Assembly (NCBI GenBank): GCA_024137785.1
Contig: JAHRHZ010000040.1
Location: 3,388,237-3,452,236, forward strand
Length of the DNA: 64,000 nucleotides
Origin: Ginglymostoma cirratum
Taxonomy: Eukaryota
Direction: 5' to 3'
Shown here in pieces: positions 50,909 to 63,535 of this stretch (its first letter is position 1; each line of letters starts with the position of its first letter). A model generated the notes under the pieces. That model made no database searches, had not been told where the DNA came from, and worked only from the letters and a program-made list of their open reading frames with translations. Position numbers and translations under genes: made by a program.

Positions 50909-51005
50909 GGAGATTGCACAAACTGCCGATGCTGGAGGAACACAGCAGGCCATGCAGCATCAGAGGAGCAGAAAAGTTGATGTTTTGGGTTGGGACCCTT
51001 CAGAA
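50909..51005 (-). mobile_element. Decayed single-arm pLTR copy
   Basis: aactgccgatgctggaggaacacagcaggcc...gatgttttgggttgggacccttcagaa. Confidence 0.65.
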
Positions 51006-51529
51006 GATTAAGGAGAAATAGGTGTTCACGTTTACGTGAAGGGTTTTTGTTTGTGTAAATGGGGAAAAAGAATTTCTGTCATCAGGTGGATTGATAACTA
51101 GAGGTTGTAGGTTTAAGGTAATTGGCAAAAGGACCAAACTGGGATGGAAAGGAGTTAATGATTTTAATGAAACATTTTTACACTGAGAGTTCCAATGTTA
51201 CTGAATGTAAAAGGTTGCTTGAAGCAGAGTCTATCTTGACAGTAAAAATGGAAATTGATTTTTTTTAATCAACCTATTCAGACAGGTTATGACGGATGTG
51301 ACAAGTGGAGCTTAATCTCCGCCCATTGTACAGTCGATAGGATTTGAATGTTCAGTGGGAAACACCAATCAGTTTCAAGTTTGTTGCTTTAACTGCTCTG
51401 CTTCGACTACAGCTCCAGAATATTTTGAATAGACCTCAAATGAAGCCAGTTCTGAAGAAGTCATATGGGACTTGAAACACAAATGTCACCACGCCTGACT
51501 TTGTCTCCACTCTGTGTTTGTTTCAAATA

Positions 51530-52420
51530 AAGCCATATGGGTAGAAGTTTTTTATAAAAAAAACAAAATAGGGAACATTCCCATTGCTGGGAGTGTACTA
51601 CAGATTGCCAAATATTCATGGAAAGATAGAGGACAGCTATGTAGGAAAATTTCAAATGTGTAAAAGTAACAGGGGATTTCAACTTTCCTGGCATTAACTG
51701 GGATTGACAGCGTTTACCTGAGGCCTATCTAAGCTGAAAGGCTTGGAGATAAATCGCTTAAAACGGATGAACGAGGTCTTTTTAAGTCGTCATGTAGAAA
51801 GTTCTGCAAGAGAAGCGGGTGTTTTTGGACTTAATTTTCAGCTTGTAGTGTGATTTGGAGAAGCTGAGTGAGCGGACAATATGCATGGCAAATGCCGTAT
51901 AATGTGGGTAAAAATGAAGTTTTTCGTTTTGGTAGAAAAAATGGGAAGGCAGATTATTACGTGGCTATAAACTGAGGGGGGGAATGGTCAACAAGACCTG
52001 GGTACACTTGTGCACCAGTCACTTTAAGCACTCAGATGTAGCAGGCAGTAAAGGAGGCCAACTGTATGTTGGCATTCATAGCAAGAGGATTTGAGTACAG
52101 GGATACCTTACTGCAATTATACAGGGTACTGGTGAAGCCATGCCTGGTATATTGTATACAATTCTGGCCGCCTTATCTGAGAGAGAATGTTCTTGCTATA
52201 GAGGGCATGCAGTGAAGATTTACCAGATTCATTCCTGGGATCGTAGGGCTGGCATGTGAGGAAAGATTGTATTCAGTGGAGTTCAGAAGAATAAAAGCTG
52301 GTGGGGGGGGGCGGGGATCTGATAGAAACCTATAAAATTGTTCCAGGATGAGTCACATTAGATGCAGGAAGGATGTTCCTGATGGTAGGGGGTTGTCCAA
52401 CACCAGGGGTCAGAGTCTAA
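51530..52420 (+). mobile_element. Decayed CR1-type LINE pieces
   Basis: GDFNFPGINW endonuclease remnant at about 51672; LLQLYRVLVKPCLVYCIQFW at about 52108. Confidence 0.75.
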
Positions 52421-52423
52421 GGC

Positions 52424-52625
52424 TAAATAAAAACTGAAAGAACTGCGGATTCTGAACATCAGAAACAAAAGCAGACTTTGCTAGAAAAACTAAGCAGGTC
52501 TGACAGCATCTATGGAGAGAAATGAGAGTTAACATTTTGGGTCCAGTGACCCGTTTTCTCAGAATAGGTTCTGAGTTAACTCTGATTTCTGTCCAGAGAT
52601 GCTCTCCAGCCGTTGTCAGTTCTGA
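52424..52625. mobile_element. Older related pLTR-type family with partial inversion (relatives at about 4945-5042 and 15815-16020)
   Basis: aaagaactgcggattctg...aacattttgggtccagtgaccc..ttctcagaa followed by an inverted segment. Confidence 0.55.
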
Positions 52626-52916
52626 GGAAAAATATATCGAGTTCACAGATGCCCTTCAGGGAAAGAAAATTGTTCTTCCCTTTTGATCCACCCTATATGC
52701 AACTCCAGACCCATGACACTGCCCTTTGAAGTAGCCTCGCAAGCTATTCAGTTTTATCAAACACAAGTCCCAGATAAATAAAACTGGACTGACTACCTAG
52801 CACTGACTAAGGCACCAGAAACATCTCCACCCTGTCAAGTCCCCCTCAGTAACATGTGGGGATTTGTGCAAAAATCGGGAGTGCTGTCTCACAGATTGTT
52901 AGGTTGTTGTTTGACT

Positions 52917-54340
52917 AGAGTCCTACAGATGTATAGCATGGAAACAGATCCTTTGGTCCAGCTCCTCTGTGCTGACCAGATTACCTAAATTTAGTCCCAT
53001 TTGCCAGCATTTGGCCCATATCCCTCGAAATCAGTCTTATTTGTATACCTGTCCAGATGCCTTTTACATGTTGTTATTGTATCAGCCTCCACCATTCCTT
53101 TGGCAGCTTATTTCATACACACCACCATCCTCTGTGTGGAAAAAGTTGCCCCTGAGGTCCCTTTTAAATTTTACCCTTTTGTCTTTAAACTATGCCATCT
53201 AGTTTTTAATTTCCCCTCCCCGGAGATAAGACCTTGTCTATTTATCCTATCCATGCCCCTCAATTTATAAACCTCTAGAAGGTCACCCTTCAGCCTCTGA
53301 CACTCCAGGGAAAATAGCCCAGCCTATTCAGCCTCTCCCTCTAGCTCAAACCCTCCAACCCTGGCAATGTCCTTGTAAATCTTTTCCTGAACCCTTTTCT
53401 GGTTTCGTACCATCCTTCCCATAGCAGGAACATCAGAATTGAGCTCCGTATTTCAAAAGTGATCTAACCAATGTCCTGTACATCCTCAACATGACCTGCC
53501 AACTCGTATAGTCAATGCACTGACCAATAAAGGCATGCATACCAAACATCGTCGCTATCCTATTTATTTCTGACTCCACTTTCAAGGGACTGTGAACTGC
53601 ACTCCAAGGTCTCTTTATTCAGTAACACTCTGCAGAACCTTACCATTAATTGTACAAGTCCTCCCCTGATTTGCCTTTCCAAAATGCAGCACCTCTCATT
53701 TATCTAAATTAAACTCCATCTGCCACTGCTCAGCCCATCTGATCAAGGTCCATTGTACTCTGAGGTAACCTTCACTGTACAGTAGACCACCAATTTTGGT
53801 GTCATCCTCAAACTTATTAACCGTCCCTCCTATATTCGCATACAAATCCCTTATATAAATAGCAAAAAGCGTTGGACCCAGCACCAATCCTTGCAGCGCA
53901 CCTCTATCACATGCCTCCAGTCTGAAAAACAACTCTCTGCCATCACCGTCTGTCTCCTACCTTAAAGCCAATTTTGTATCCAAATGGCTAGCTCTCGCTG
54001 GATGCCATGTAATCTAATCTGCTAACCATCTATCATGTGGAACCTTGAGAGACACTTTGCTGGAGCCCATATCGACGACATCTTGCTCTGTCTTCCTTAA
54101 CCTTCTTCGTCACTGCTTCTTCAAAAACTCAATCAAGTTAGTGTGACGCTCTTTGCCATGCGTAAGGCCATGTTAACTATCCCGAATCAGTCCTTGCCTT
54201 TCCAAGTGCATGTAAATCCTGTCCCTCAGAATGCAGTCCAACAACTTTACTGACGTCAGATCACTGGTCTGTAGTTCCCTGGCTTTTCCATACTATCTTT
54301 AAGTAATGGCACCGCATTAGTCTCCAGTCTTCTGACACCT
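52917..54340 (-). mobile_element. CR1-type LINE 3' 1.4 kb
   Basis: Minus ORF 53696-53932: QGLVLGPTLFAIYIRDL...KFEDDTKIGG...WAEQWQMEFN. Confidence 0.88.
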
Positions 54341-54806
54341 TCTTTGTTAATGACACTGGGTTATCTGCACCACAGTCCATTCTTCAGATTACTAATTGAG
54401 AATTGATCCTTTGAATATCCTGGAAGGCTTTCTCCTTTTTTCCTCCTTCAGGGGTATGGAAAAAAGTTTACAGAAAAAGGGTGAGAACAACTTGCAAGTG
54501 CTTGATTTACTGATCTCTTTCACACAAGGGAGAGAGAAAAAGATATCTTGTTGCTTTTCCTCCAGAGATTAGCTTCTCTGTGCTGCCCTTCATGCACGAC
54601 TGGTCTCCTGATCATAGGCCCATTATGTAGGAGCAGAAATGGCCATTGAGTGCTCTGCCATTCAAATGAGAGAGTGGCTGATCTGATGACCCACAACTCC
54701 CCTTCTCTGCCTTTTCCTTGATCAGGGGCCAATCTAAATGACGTAGCTGAGTTCTGTCTTGCCCATTCCAATTGGTCCATAGATATGCCATCCAACTAAT
54801 ACTGTT

Positions 54807-55294
54807 ATAACAAGCATGGGGCTGGATGAANNNNNNNNNNNNNNNNNNNNNNNNNNNNNNNNNNNNNNNNNNNNNNNNNNNNNNNNNNNNNNNNNNNNNN
54901 NNNNNNNNNNNNNNNNNNNNNNNNNNNNNNNNNNNNNNNNNNNNNNNNNNNNNNNNNNNNNNNNNNNNNNNNNNNNNNNNNNNNNNNNNNNNNNNNNNNN
55001 NNNNNNNNNNNNNNNNNNNNNNNNNNNNNNNNNNNNNNNNNNNNNNNNNNNNNNNNNNNNNNNNNNNNNNNNNNNNNNNNNNNNNNNNNNNNNNNNNNNN
55101 NNNNNNNNNNNNNNNNNNNNNNNNNNNNNNNNNNNNNNNNNNNNNNNNNNNNNNNNNNNNNNNNNNNNNNNNNNNNNNNNNNNNNNNNNNNNNNNNNNNN
55201 NNNNNNNNNNNNNNNNNNNNNNNNNNNNNNGTTCATCCAGCCCCATGCTTGTTATCTCGGGTTCTCCAGCATCTGCAGTACCTTTTTATCTCTG
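54807..55294. mobile_element. Palindromic pLTR element, subfamily A, spanning a 400-N gap
   Basis: Inverted ends flank N 54831-55230; TSD CCAACTAATACTGTT at 54792-54806 and 55297-55311. Confidence 0.8.
54831..55230. other. Assembly gap (400 N)
   Basis: Run of N. Confidence 1.
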
Positions 55295-55709
55295 ACCCAA
55301 CTAATACTGTTAGGCAGGTTCACCCTGAACGGTGCAGTTGAAGAGACAATTTCTGAGGCTTTGAAGTCCCCATCTAGGAATATCATTAACAGCTCCAGTA
55401 AATGTCACTTTTAAAACTATTGCCGTTCTCTTTCCACTGAACTCGGGATCAAAACTGGAAAAATATTGCTTTGAATCAACAGTCCAAAAATTGAGAAAAT
55501 AAAAATCTCCACAAAGTACTATGGCTACAAGAGCAGATCAGAGTCTAGGAATCCTGTCGTGAATAACTCTCCACCTGACTCCCCACAGCCTGTCCAACTG
55601 CGACAAGTCAGGAGCGTGGTGGAATACTCCCCACTTGTCTGGATGAGTGCAGCTTCGACATTCATGATGCCAAACACCATTCTGGACAAAACAGCCCACT
55701 TGATTGGCA

Positions 55710-55927
55710 GAGATAGTAGGAACTGCAGATGGTGGAGAATCTGAGGTAACAAGGTGTATAGCTGGATGAACACAGCAGGCTCAGCAGCGTCAGAGGAGCG
55801 GGAAGGCTGACGTTTTGGACCTATACCCTTTTTCTGAAGAAGGGTCTAGGCCCGAAAGGTCAGCCTTCCTGCTCCTCTGACGCTGCTTGGCCTGCTGTGT
55901 TCATTCAGCTCTACACCTTGTTATCTC
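55710..55927. mobile_element. Palindromic pLTR element, subfamily B, nested in a LINE fragment
   Basis: Inverted arms; TSD TTGATTGGCA at 55700-55709 and 55930-55939; core 55834-55861 with GAAAGGTC. Confidence 0.82.
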
Positions 55928-56049
55928 ATTTGATTGGCACCTCTTCCGTAAACTTTGACACTTCTACCGCTGATGCAAAGGAGAAGTGTATATCTTCTAA
56001 AAAGATGCATTGCAGAAATTCACCAAATCTTCTTGGACAGGACCTGCCA

Positions 56050-57110
56050 AAACAATTAGGTTCCCTTTCAACCTTCTCCACTTCAAGGAAAACATCTCTA
56101 GCCAATTTTGTCTCTGTTCTTAGCTGAAGCACTTCAAACCAGCCAACATCCTTCTCTCATGCAATGGCATTCATCCTAAAGCACACCAACCAGAACTGTG
56201 CATAGTACTTCAGCTGTGATCTAGCATCTTACACAGCTGCATCATGATCTCCCTTCTCATGTGTTCAATGCCTTGACTAGTCAAGGCAAGTATTCCATAT
56301 GTTGGGTTTATCCAATTATCAACCTGACCTATTGCCCTCAGGAATCCGTGGACATGCACACAATGGTCCCTCTGAACCTGAGTACTTCCCGAAGTCCTAC
56401 CGTTCTTCATATATTTCCTTGCCTTGCTCATCCTGCCAAAATGCATCACTTTCCACTTTTCAAGATTAAATTCATTACTGTTCTCCCCATCTTGTCCTGT
56501 AGTAAAAGGCTTTCCTCCTTGCTATTAATCACACCACAATTTTTGTGCTTTGTAAGAATACTGATAATACTCTTCTATTTGTATCTAAATCACTTAATGC
56601 ACACCACCCAAAAAAATGGATCCAGCTCAAACCCTGTGGTGTGCCACCGAACACAAGCTTCCAGACAAAACAAACTTCAACCCTAATCCATCATCCACAA
56701 GCTCCTGCCACTAAACCAACTTTGGATTCAGTTTGCAAAGTTGCTCTGGGTCCCGTGGGCTGTTAGCTTCTTGAACAGTCTACCATACATGAACTGGTCA
56801 AAGGCCTTACTGAAGTCCGTGCAGACCACATGAATTGCAATAACCTCAACTACGTACTTAGTGACCACGTCATAAATCTCGCCTCAATCCAATGTGTTAG
56901 ATGTTATCTCGCCCTAACAAAGCCATGCTGGCTCTCCTTGATTTAATCCTTGCCTCTCCAAATGTAGCTTAAGCTTGTCCTCCTAGAACTTTTTCTGATA
57001 GTTTGCCTGCCATTGGCCTGTAGTTTGCTGGTTTAACTCTCCCATCCTCCTTAAATAATGGTACTACATTATCTGTCTTCCAACTTCTGGCACCCCACTG
57101 AGGCCAGAGA
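56050..57110 (-). mobile_element. Decayed CR1-type LINE RT fragment
   Basis: Minus ORF 56210-56449 (MHFGR..., REIMMQLCKML) and a DFSKAFDQ-like segment at about 56800-56820. Confidence 0.75.
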
Positions 57111-57895
57111 GGAATTGAAAAGAAATGACAGAGCCCTGGTCAAAGGCTCGGAGGGGATTTAATGAAAAACAAATGTTGCAAGTGTTCTCACCTCCTTTCT
57201 GGCATTGAGTTCCAGAAATTAAGTGGCAATTAGATAAACGCTTGAAATAGCATCGCATACAAGATTGCTGGTCAATTGCTGGAAAATGATTAGATGGTTG
57301 CTTGATTGCCAACAAATAAAATATGATGGGCCAAAGGATCTCCCTCATTGAAAAGTTCTGATGGACTCCAAGTGGCTTTCAAAACCAAATTGTATAAATA
57401 CTTGAAAGGAGAACAATCCCAGCGATATGAGGAAAGAATTGAAACATCTGACTGACTGCAGCACTCTTCAGCGGAACAATTTTGGGCCCAATGGCCCCCT
57501 GTGCTCTAGTATTTTATGGTGCTTGTACTGGGAATCTATTGTGTAAAAGTCTCGCCATGTGGTCTTTGGACTTCCTTGTATGGTAATAGTGTAGTTGCTC
57601 TAAAGATGCAGTTGGATTGCAGAGCTTCCAATCAATCAGTTGAGGTGCTGCAGCCATCTAAAATTTTTGCACGCACACGTGCGTCAACTGCATGGGCGGT
57701 TGCTGCATGGCAATGTACTTTAAGGAAATGTTAGGACCCTGGTTTTCTAGTTCCATTTTTGATTTAATTTATTACATGCAGTATAGTTATGAATACTCTG
57801 TCGAAAGCATGCCAGTTGTTGATATTGGTCATTAAGTGGCATTATTATTAGTTTAATGTCTGATTAATCTTACTTTTCTCTGTTTCTGTTTGTAG

Positions 57896-57926
57896 ACTTG
57901 GGTATTTCTCCTGCTCCAGGAAAGAA
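57896..57926 (+). CDS. SNAP91: AP180 exon, 31 nt, phase 1-2, NLGISPAPGK(K)
   Basis: tttctgtttgtag| ... AAGAA|gtaagt. Confidence 0.93.
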
Positions 57927-58989
57927 GTAAGTTGTGTCGTGTCTAGCATATGTTAATTTACATGAACTTGAACTTAATACAGTTTATCTGCTTTGTGGTC
58001 CTCTGAAATATTTCTTTTTCGTAGTTCTTTTGTGTGTATATTTGCACAAGTATGCCAATGAAAGTAATGTAAGTCAGGGAGAATAAAATTGATGCTAAGT
58101 GAAAGTTAAGATATGAGCAACAGAACGGTGGATGAGTTCAAGTTAGAGTTTGAATGGAAGTCGGGCCAGAATAACATTGGAGTGGTCGAAAATATGCACA
58201 AGCTCTCCTGTGTAAAAGCAACTGCGACAGATTGAGACTGGAGATGTTTGTTGAAGTAAAATTAAGTGTTCGTTTGTAGGGATACGATATGAATTAGAAA
58301 TTCAACTTAAGATTTTACAGCCTAGGATATTGTGGATTGTCTGATTCTGCCTGAGACAGTGAATGAAGAGGAGGATGAATCAGTTGCATGAGGCGGGTAC
58401 CAAGATGATGGCTTTGTTTCTTTTATAGCTTATTCAGAACTGGATATCTGATGACCAGGCTAACAACGCAGATGTAATGGAAGATGCTGTGTCTTAGTGA
58501 CAGGGGGTGAACCAGCTCCTCCTTTTCAACTTCCTTGGCGCCACAGTGTATATTTAACTCCTTTATTTAGTGCAAGGCTGTACCTCTCTGCCCAGTTAAA
58601 ATATAGCTAGCTATTTCTTAGTGTAGCAATAATGGGCAAATCATAAAGCAGTCAGTGTTCAGTGGAAGGGCAACTTTATCATCCCCTCACCCTGAAGAGA
58701 TTAATCGTGTCACTGTCAAGTACAGTTTTTTTTTCTCATCTGTCACTTGGAGGCCTTCTCTCGCAGGTATAACATTGAAAGGACAGTGTTTCCAGTTTAA
58801 AGGAAGATAAAAAGAATATACAGTTTAGACTCCTTAGATAGCCTTTGAACCTTAAGATTTAAAGCAGACTGGGATGGATTCACTTTATTTTAAGTACAGT
58901 CAAAAGATTGCATTTGTTTCAAGCTTAACTCCCTGATGCTGCTTTTCTGTTTTTGTAGGATTTGTTCACAGACCATTTCATGAGAGAGA

Positions 58990-59418
58990 ATAGAGACAGC
59001 AGCTTCCCTTAAGTGTCCCCTCAAAGCTCTCTGAATCTCCCTTGTCAAATAACTCTACATAGGCTAGTATCCCGTCACCAAGCCACCCTTTATTCACACG
59101 TGCACAGTACTTGACACTGGTCTGGCTTCCTTGGAGCAGGTGTCAGAGCAAACAGAACTTCTGACACTCCTGTTTACTTTTTTGTATGTGTGTCTAAGTG
59201 CAGTGACTCAGTAAAGATACCATTGTGCAAATAATTTTGTTCAATATTTCCATACCAGGAGAATACCCATGTGGCAGTGAACCAGTAGCAAGCAAAGCCT
59301 GATAAGGGCAAGACACTCCCGCTTATATCTGTCAGCCAGGGCTCCCTGATTGGGGCTGTTAAACTGGTCCAATCAGGGAACTCTTATTCTGAGGTCCATC
59401 TGGCTGGCCTCCATAACA
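58990..59418. mobile_element. Possible solo-LTR-like element with an internal insertion
   Basis: Ends ...ccataaca; TTTATT at about 59089; GACACTCC duplicated at about 59163 and 59312. Confidence 0.35.
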
Positions 59419-62400
59419 ATCATTTACATTTTGAAATATTGCTTCCTGTCAGTATTTCCAAGAGGTTATTTTCTGATAGTTCTGTTAGTGGCAGCCATGG
59501 TGTCATTACCCTGTACATTGCAACTGCTAATGTCTTTCTCAAATCATAATAGGTTTTGATGGTGGTGTGGATTGTTGTGGGTAAATCACCACCGACTATC
59601 TTTAATTCGGCTCTTTATTAAGCAATCTCAGACAGTACAGAAACAATTGTTAAAACTTCACTGCAGATAGCAACCAAAATTAGACCCCTCAAGTAAGCAA
59701 GTTAAACCTCAACTCAACTTGGCTGTTACCTGATTAATGGTGGAACTAAGCTAAGACTCCAACCGACGGTGTCTTTGTCCAGTGTTTAATCCTTGTGCAG
59801 TGTTGGTCTTCGTATCTCTGCCCAAAGGCATCCTGAAGGTGAACTATCTCATAATTTTCTCTTTTCCGAATTTGTGGTGTGACATTATTGATAATCTTTT
59901 AGATTCTTTCATCCACAATATTACAAGTCTGCAGCTTACTTTCTTATCAGAAGTAGTTTCTTTGTTTGTTACTATATTTGGCCTTAACTGTCTGTTTGAA
60001 GGCACACAACTTTCCTATGATTAATTCTTTAAATTCTTCTGCAGGGCAATCATTTGTCCTTGTGACATTAGGCAGCCAGATGTCAAAACAGCTTTGTTCA
60101 TGTAGTCTCGAGTCGTTTTCCCAGACATTCTTGTATAACAGTTTGTCCTTATCCTTTAATAGTTTATTCCAAACAGTGGTGTTGCTGCTTTTTTCAATCT
60201 GTGAGCAGTTAAAGTTCGGAAGTTTACACTATCACAGAATTGTAGGACTGTTTCCTTTTTCCCCACCTCTGTGTTATTGCTTTTTAATCAGTTTACCTTG
60301 TCTCAATTCAATTTGCAACAGATTGATGTGTTTGGAGGCATTGAAAAAATACTCAATTACAGGTGTATTGCCTCCTTACAGTAGTAAGAGGTGATGAAGA
60401 CACACAGCCATATGTCATCAGTGGATATATTAAAACTGACATAGTACATTCAAGGAGTCATGGAGATGTAACACTCAAATGTAGAACAGGAGAGATCCTT
60501 GGGTATTAGCCTCTGTCTACTTAGCTTAGTTTGTGCACGACAATATTATCTCCTCTTTGGCACTTGTTCTGGTGGGAGGGAGCAACTGGAGGATAATGTC
60601 TTCAGTCACCTTGTTGTCAATTCACAAAAGTGAAACTCCATTCTGTTCAAGAAATATGCATTAATGAGTAGCCAGATATCTACTTGCATCTCGCCCTAGA
60701 GAATTGTCAGTTCTTGAAGAAATGCACCCTTGAGGAATCACGGTGAAGTATGTTTTTTTTTGCTGAAAAGATATAATGCCATCCCTAATGAGCTGTTTAC
60801 TAACTGAAATCTTTCCTTACCTGATTAATCTATTTCTTTTCATTTTCACTTCTAACATTTCTGAAAAATCACTTGTTCCCGTTTAGAATTGGTGTTTGTT
60901 GGAGATACTGAGAAACTATTTTGTCAGATTTGGTTTGAGCAGCTTTGCTGTTTATCTGCAATTAATCTGAGGATATTTTTGTCTTTGGGGACTGAATGTT
61001 TTTGCCTCATTGAAAATTAAGTACATTTTAAGTCTGTCAAACAAAATATCAAAATATGCTTGTGTTTCTAACATAAGTTGGAGTAAAATGGGACCAAAAT
61101 GAAATGAATTGGGCTCTGTCATGTATACTGACCATCCGTTACATTTCATCACTAAGCTCCATTTGGTAAACATGAAACAATGAATTTATTGTCTCAAATG
61201 CTAAATATAAAAATAAATAATTAAAAATAAATAACGTGAATAATTAACACAGCTCTGAAAAGTCATTCTTCTGTCACTATACAAGGGTGGCACTTGTCCG
61301 GCCAGTATTTGTTGCCCATCTCTAATCCTAAAGAGGGTGTGTTGAGCTGCTGCTTGAACTACCGTATCCTGTTTCGTTTAGGTACACCCACAGTGCTGTG
61401 AGGAAGGGAGTTGCAGGATTTTGATACATAATATTGTTAAAATTGTCCCAAGTTGCAAATATAACATCTTTTTATTAGAGAAAGGCAGAATAGTTCTGGC
61501 CAATTAGCATAACATCTGTCATAAGAAATTATTAAAATCAATTATAAAGCAGGTCATACTTAGAAAATGACAACTTCATAAGGTGGAGCTTTGAAAAAGG
61601 AAAATAGTTTTAACTAATCTATTCTTTTAAAATGGCATTTATGGCAGCTAGAGAGGAACCGATTTAGATGCATTGGACTTCAATACCAAAAGGCTGTTGA
61701 TAAGGCACCACATCAAAGCCACACGGTTAAGAAAACATGGTGTAGGATTAACATATTAGCTTGGAGACATGGTTGCTTTAACTGGTAGGAAGAAGAGCGT
61801 TGGAATAAAGGGGCCTTTATCAAGTTGGTATGCTGTACCCAGTTGAGTGCCAAAGGGATTGGAACTGGCATGTGATTTGGGGTTTACTGGCTGGGCCAGC
61901 ATTTAGTGCTCATTCCTACTTGCACTTGAGAAGGTGGTGGTGGTGAGCTTCCTTGAACTGCACAGTTGGCCTAATGTATGTAAACCCATAATGTTAGAGA
62001 AGGAGCTACCTAGTGCAATGTGATGTCAGTCAAGTAGCCTGCTTTCTTCTGGATGGTGTCAGACCTCTTGAGTGTTTATACAGCTTCACTCATTCAGGCA
62101 ATGGGGAGTAATCCATCTACTCAGTCCTGACTTGTGCCTTGTGAATAGTGAACAGGCTTTGTTACAAGATTCCTTGTCTCCGACATGTTGTAGCCATATT
62201 ATTTATATGGGTAATCTAGTCAAATTTTTGGTCATTGGTGACCCCCAGGATCTTGATATTGAGGAATGAGATTAAACATCAAGGGGCGATGGTTGCAATC
62301 TGTCAAATTGATTAGACACTTGGCCTCATTTAGATTTTTGATTGGCAAGAGTATCAAGGTTTGAGGTGCAGACACAAAAATGGTGCTGAGATCACAACCA

Positions 62401-63049
62401 GATCACCCAAGATTTTTTAATGGTGGAACAGATTGGAAGGGCCAAATAGCCCACTCTTGCTTCCTATGTTCCTAAATCAGGATAGTGAGGCTTGGAGGGG
62501 AACTAACAGAGCTGTTCCTATACAATTGCTTCCCTTGTTCATCCAGGTGGTAAAGTTGCAAGTGTGGAAAAAGTAAATATTTAAGATTGTAGATTGGGTG
62601 CAAATCGGGCAGATTGCTTTTCCTAAATGGTGTTGAGCTTCTTGAGTATTGGAGCTGCAGTCATCCAAGCAAGCAGAGTATTACACCTCTTAACTTTGGG
62701 AAGGCTTTGACAGGCTTTGGGAAGCCAAGATGAGTTCATGTGTAGAATCCCTAGCCTCTGAGTTGCTTGTGAGCAGAGATGATTCAGCTTGTTGAAGATG
62801 ATTATTGCTTGCACTTGTATATGTGAACGTTTCACACCTCTTATCAGTCTTTTTGAGCATGAATTGTTTGAGTATTTGGGGAATGGCAAATGATACTGAG
62901 CAGTCATTGTGCATTCAGCAGCAAACACTCCTGCTTCTGACTTTGAAGGAGGAAAGATTATTGAAGAAGCAGTTGAGTATAGTTGGTTCTGGGGTACTAC
63001 CCTGATGGCATACCTTTTAACTTGGTTTTAATATTTACTTTAATTGTAG

Positions 63050-63164
63050 GAGTGACCTTCAGTGGAATGCCTCTGAAAGGAAGTTGACAGGAGGAGCAAA
63101 CTGGCAACCAAAGGTTGCTCCAACCACAGCTTGGCCAGCAGGTTGTCCGCCCAGCAACCAAATG
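63050..63164 (+). CDS. SNAP91: AP180 exon, 115 nt, phase 2-0, (K)SDLQWNASERKLTGGANWQPKVAPTTAWPAGCPPSNQM
   Basis: aattgtag| ... CAAATG|gtactt; conserved KLTGGxNWQPKVAP. Confidence 0.95.
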
Positions 63165-63360
63165 GTACTTTCTCTTTTCATGAAATCAGCTTGGAAGATT
63201 TTTACTGTTCTTAAAAATGCTGATGTGACAGTTTGTTTTTAGATCCATTTTCCTGTTAGAAGTACAATTAAGTAGTATTTGATCAATTTGTACAATTTCA
63301 CATCTTCATCCAATGGGTATTTCCTGCAAAAATTCTAACTTTATTCTCCCGTACTTAACA

Positions 63361-63535
63361 GAAGATACCAAGATCTGCGAATGCTGGAGTCAGAATTAGC
63401 AGTGTGGAGCTGGAGGAACACAGCAGGTCGGCAGCATCAGAGGAGAAGGGTCCTGACCCAAAACATTTTTTTTTGTGTTTTGTTTTGTTTTCCTACTCCT
63501 CTGGTGCTGACTGACCTGCTGTGTTCCTCCAGCTC
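63361..63535. mobile_element. Older palindromic pLTR element
   Basis: Inverted arms ggagctggaggaacacagcagg / cctgctgtgttcctccagctcc; TSD CTCC(C/T)GTACTTAACA at 63346-63360 and 63536-63550. Confidence 0.75.

Larger units (their letters stand above)
4745..63164 (+). other. SNAP91: SNAP91/AP180 gene, internal portion (15 coding exons; gene continues beyond both window ends)
   Basis: Spliced exons give one 1597-nt frame with compatible phases and GT-AG boundaries. Peptides match vertebrate AP180 in order: SSDLLDLQPDF, AWGDLLGE, DPFAPSEGSAEAAxELDLFAMKP, FDGLGDLLMPT, LGSDLDSSLAxLVGNLGI, DLQWN..KLTGGANWQPKVAP. Match is from recalled sequence, not a database search. Confidence 0.96.

Noticed and set aside
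54734-55341. Four long ORFs of 143-171 aa
   Set aside because: Artefacts of the 400-N gap.
4745-63164. Calling the gene PICALM
   Set aside because: The long series of DLF/DAF/DPF exons and the DPFAPSEGSAEAA and DLQWN segments are AP180-specific.
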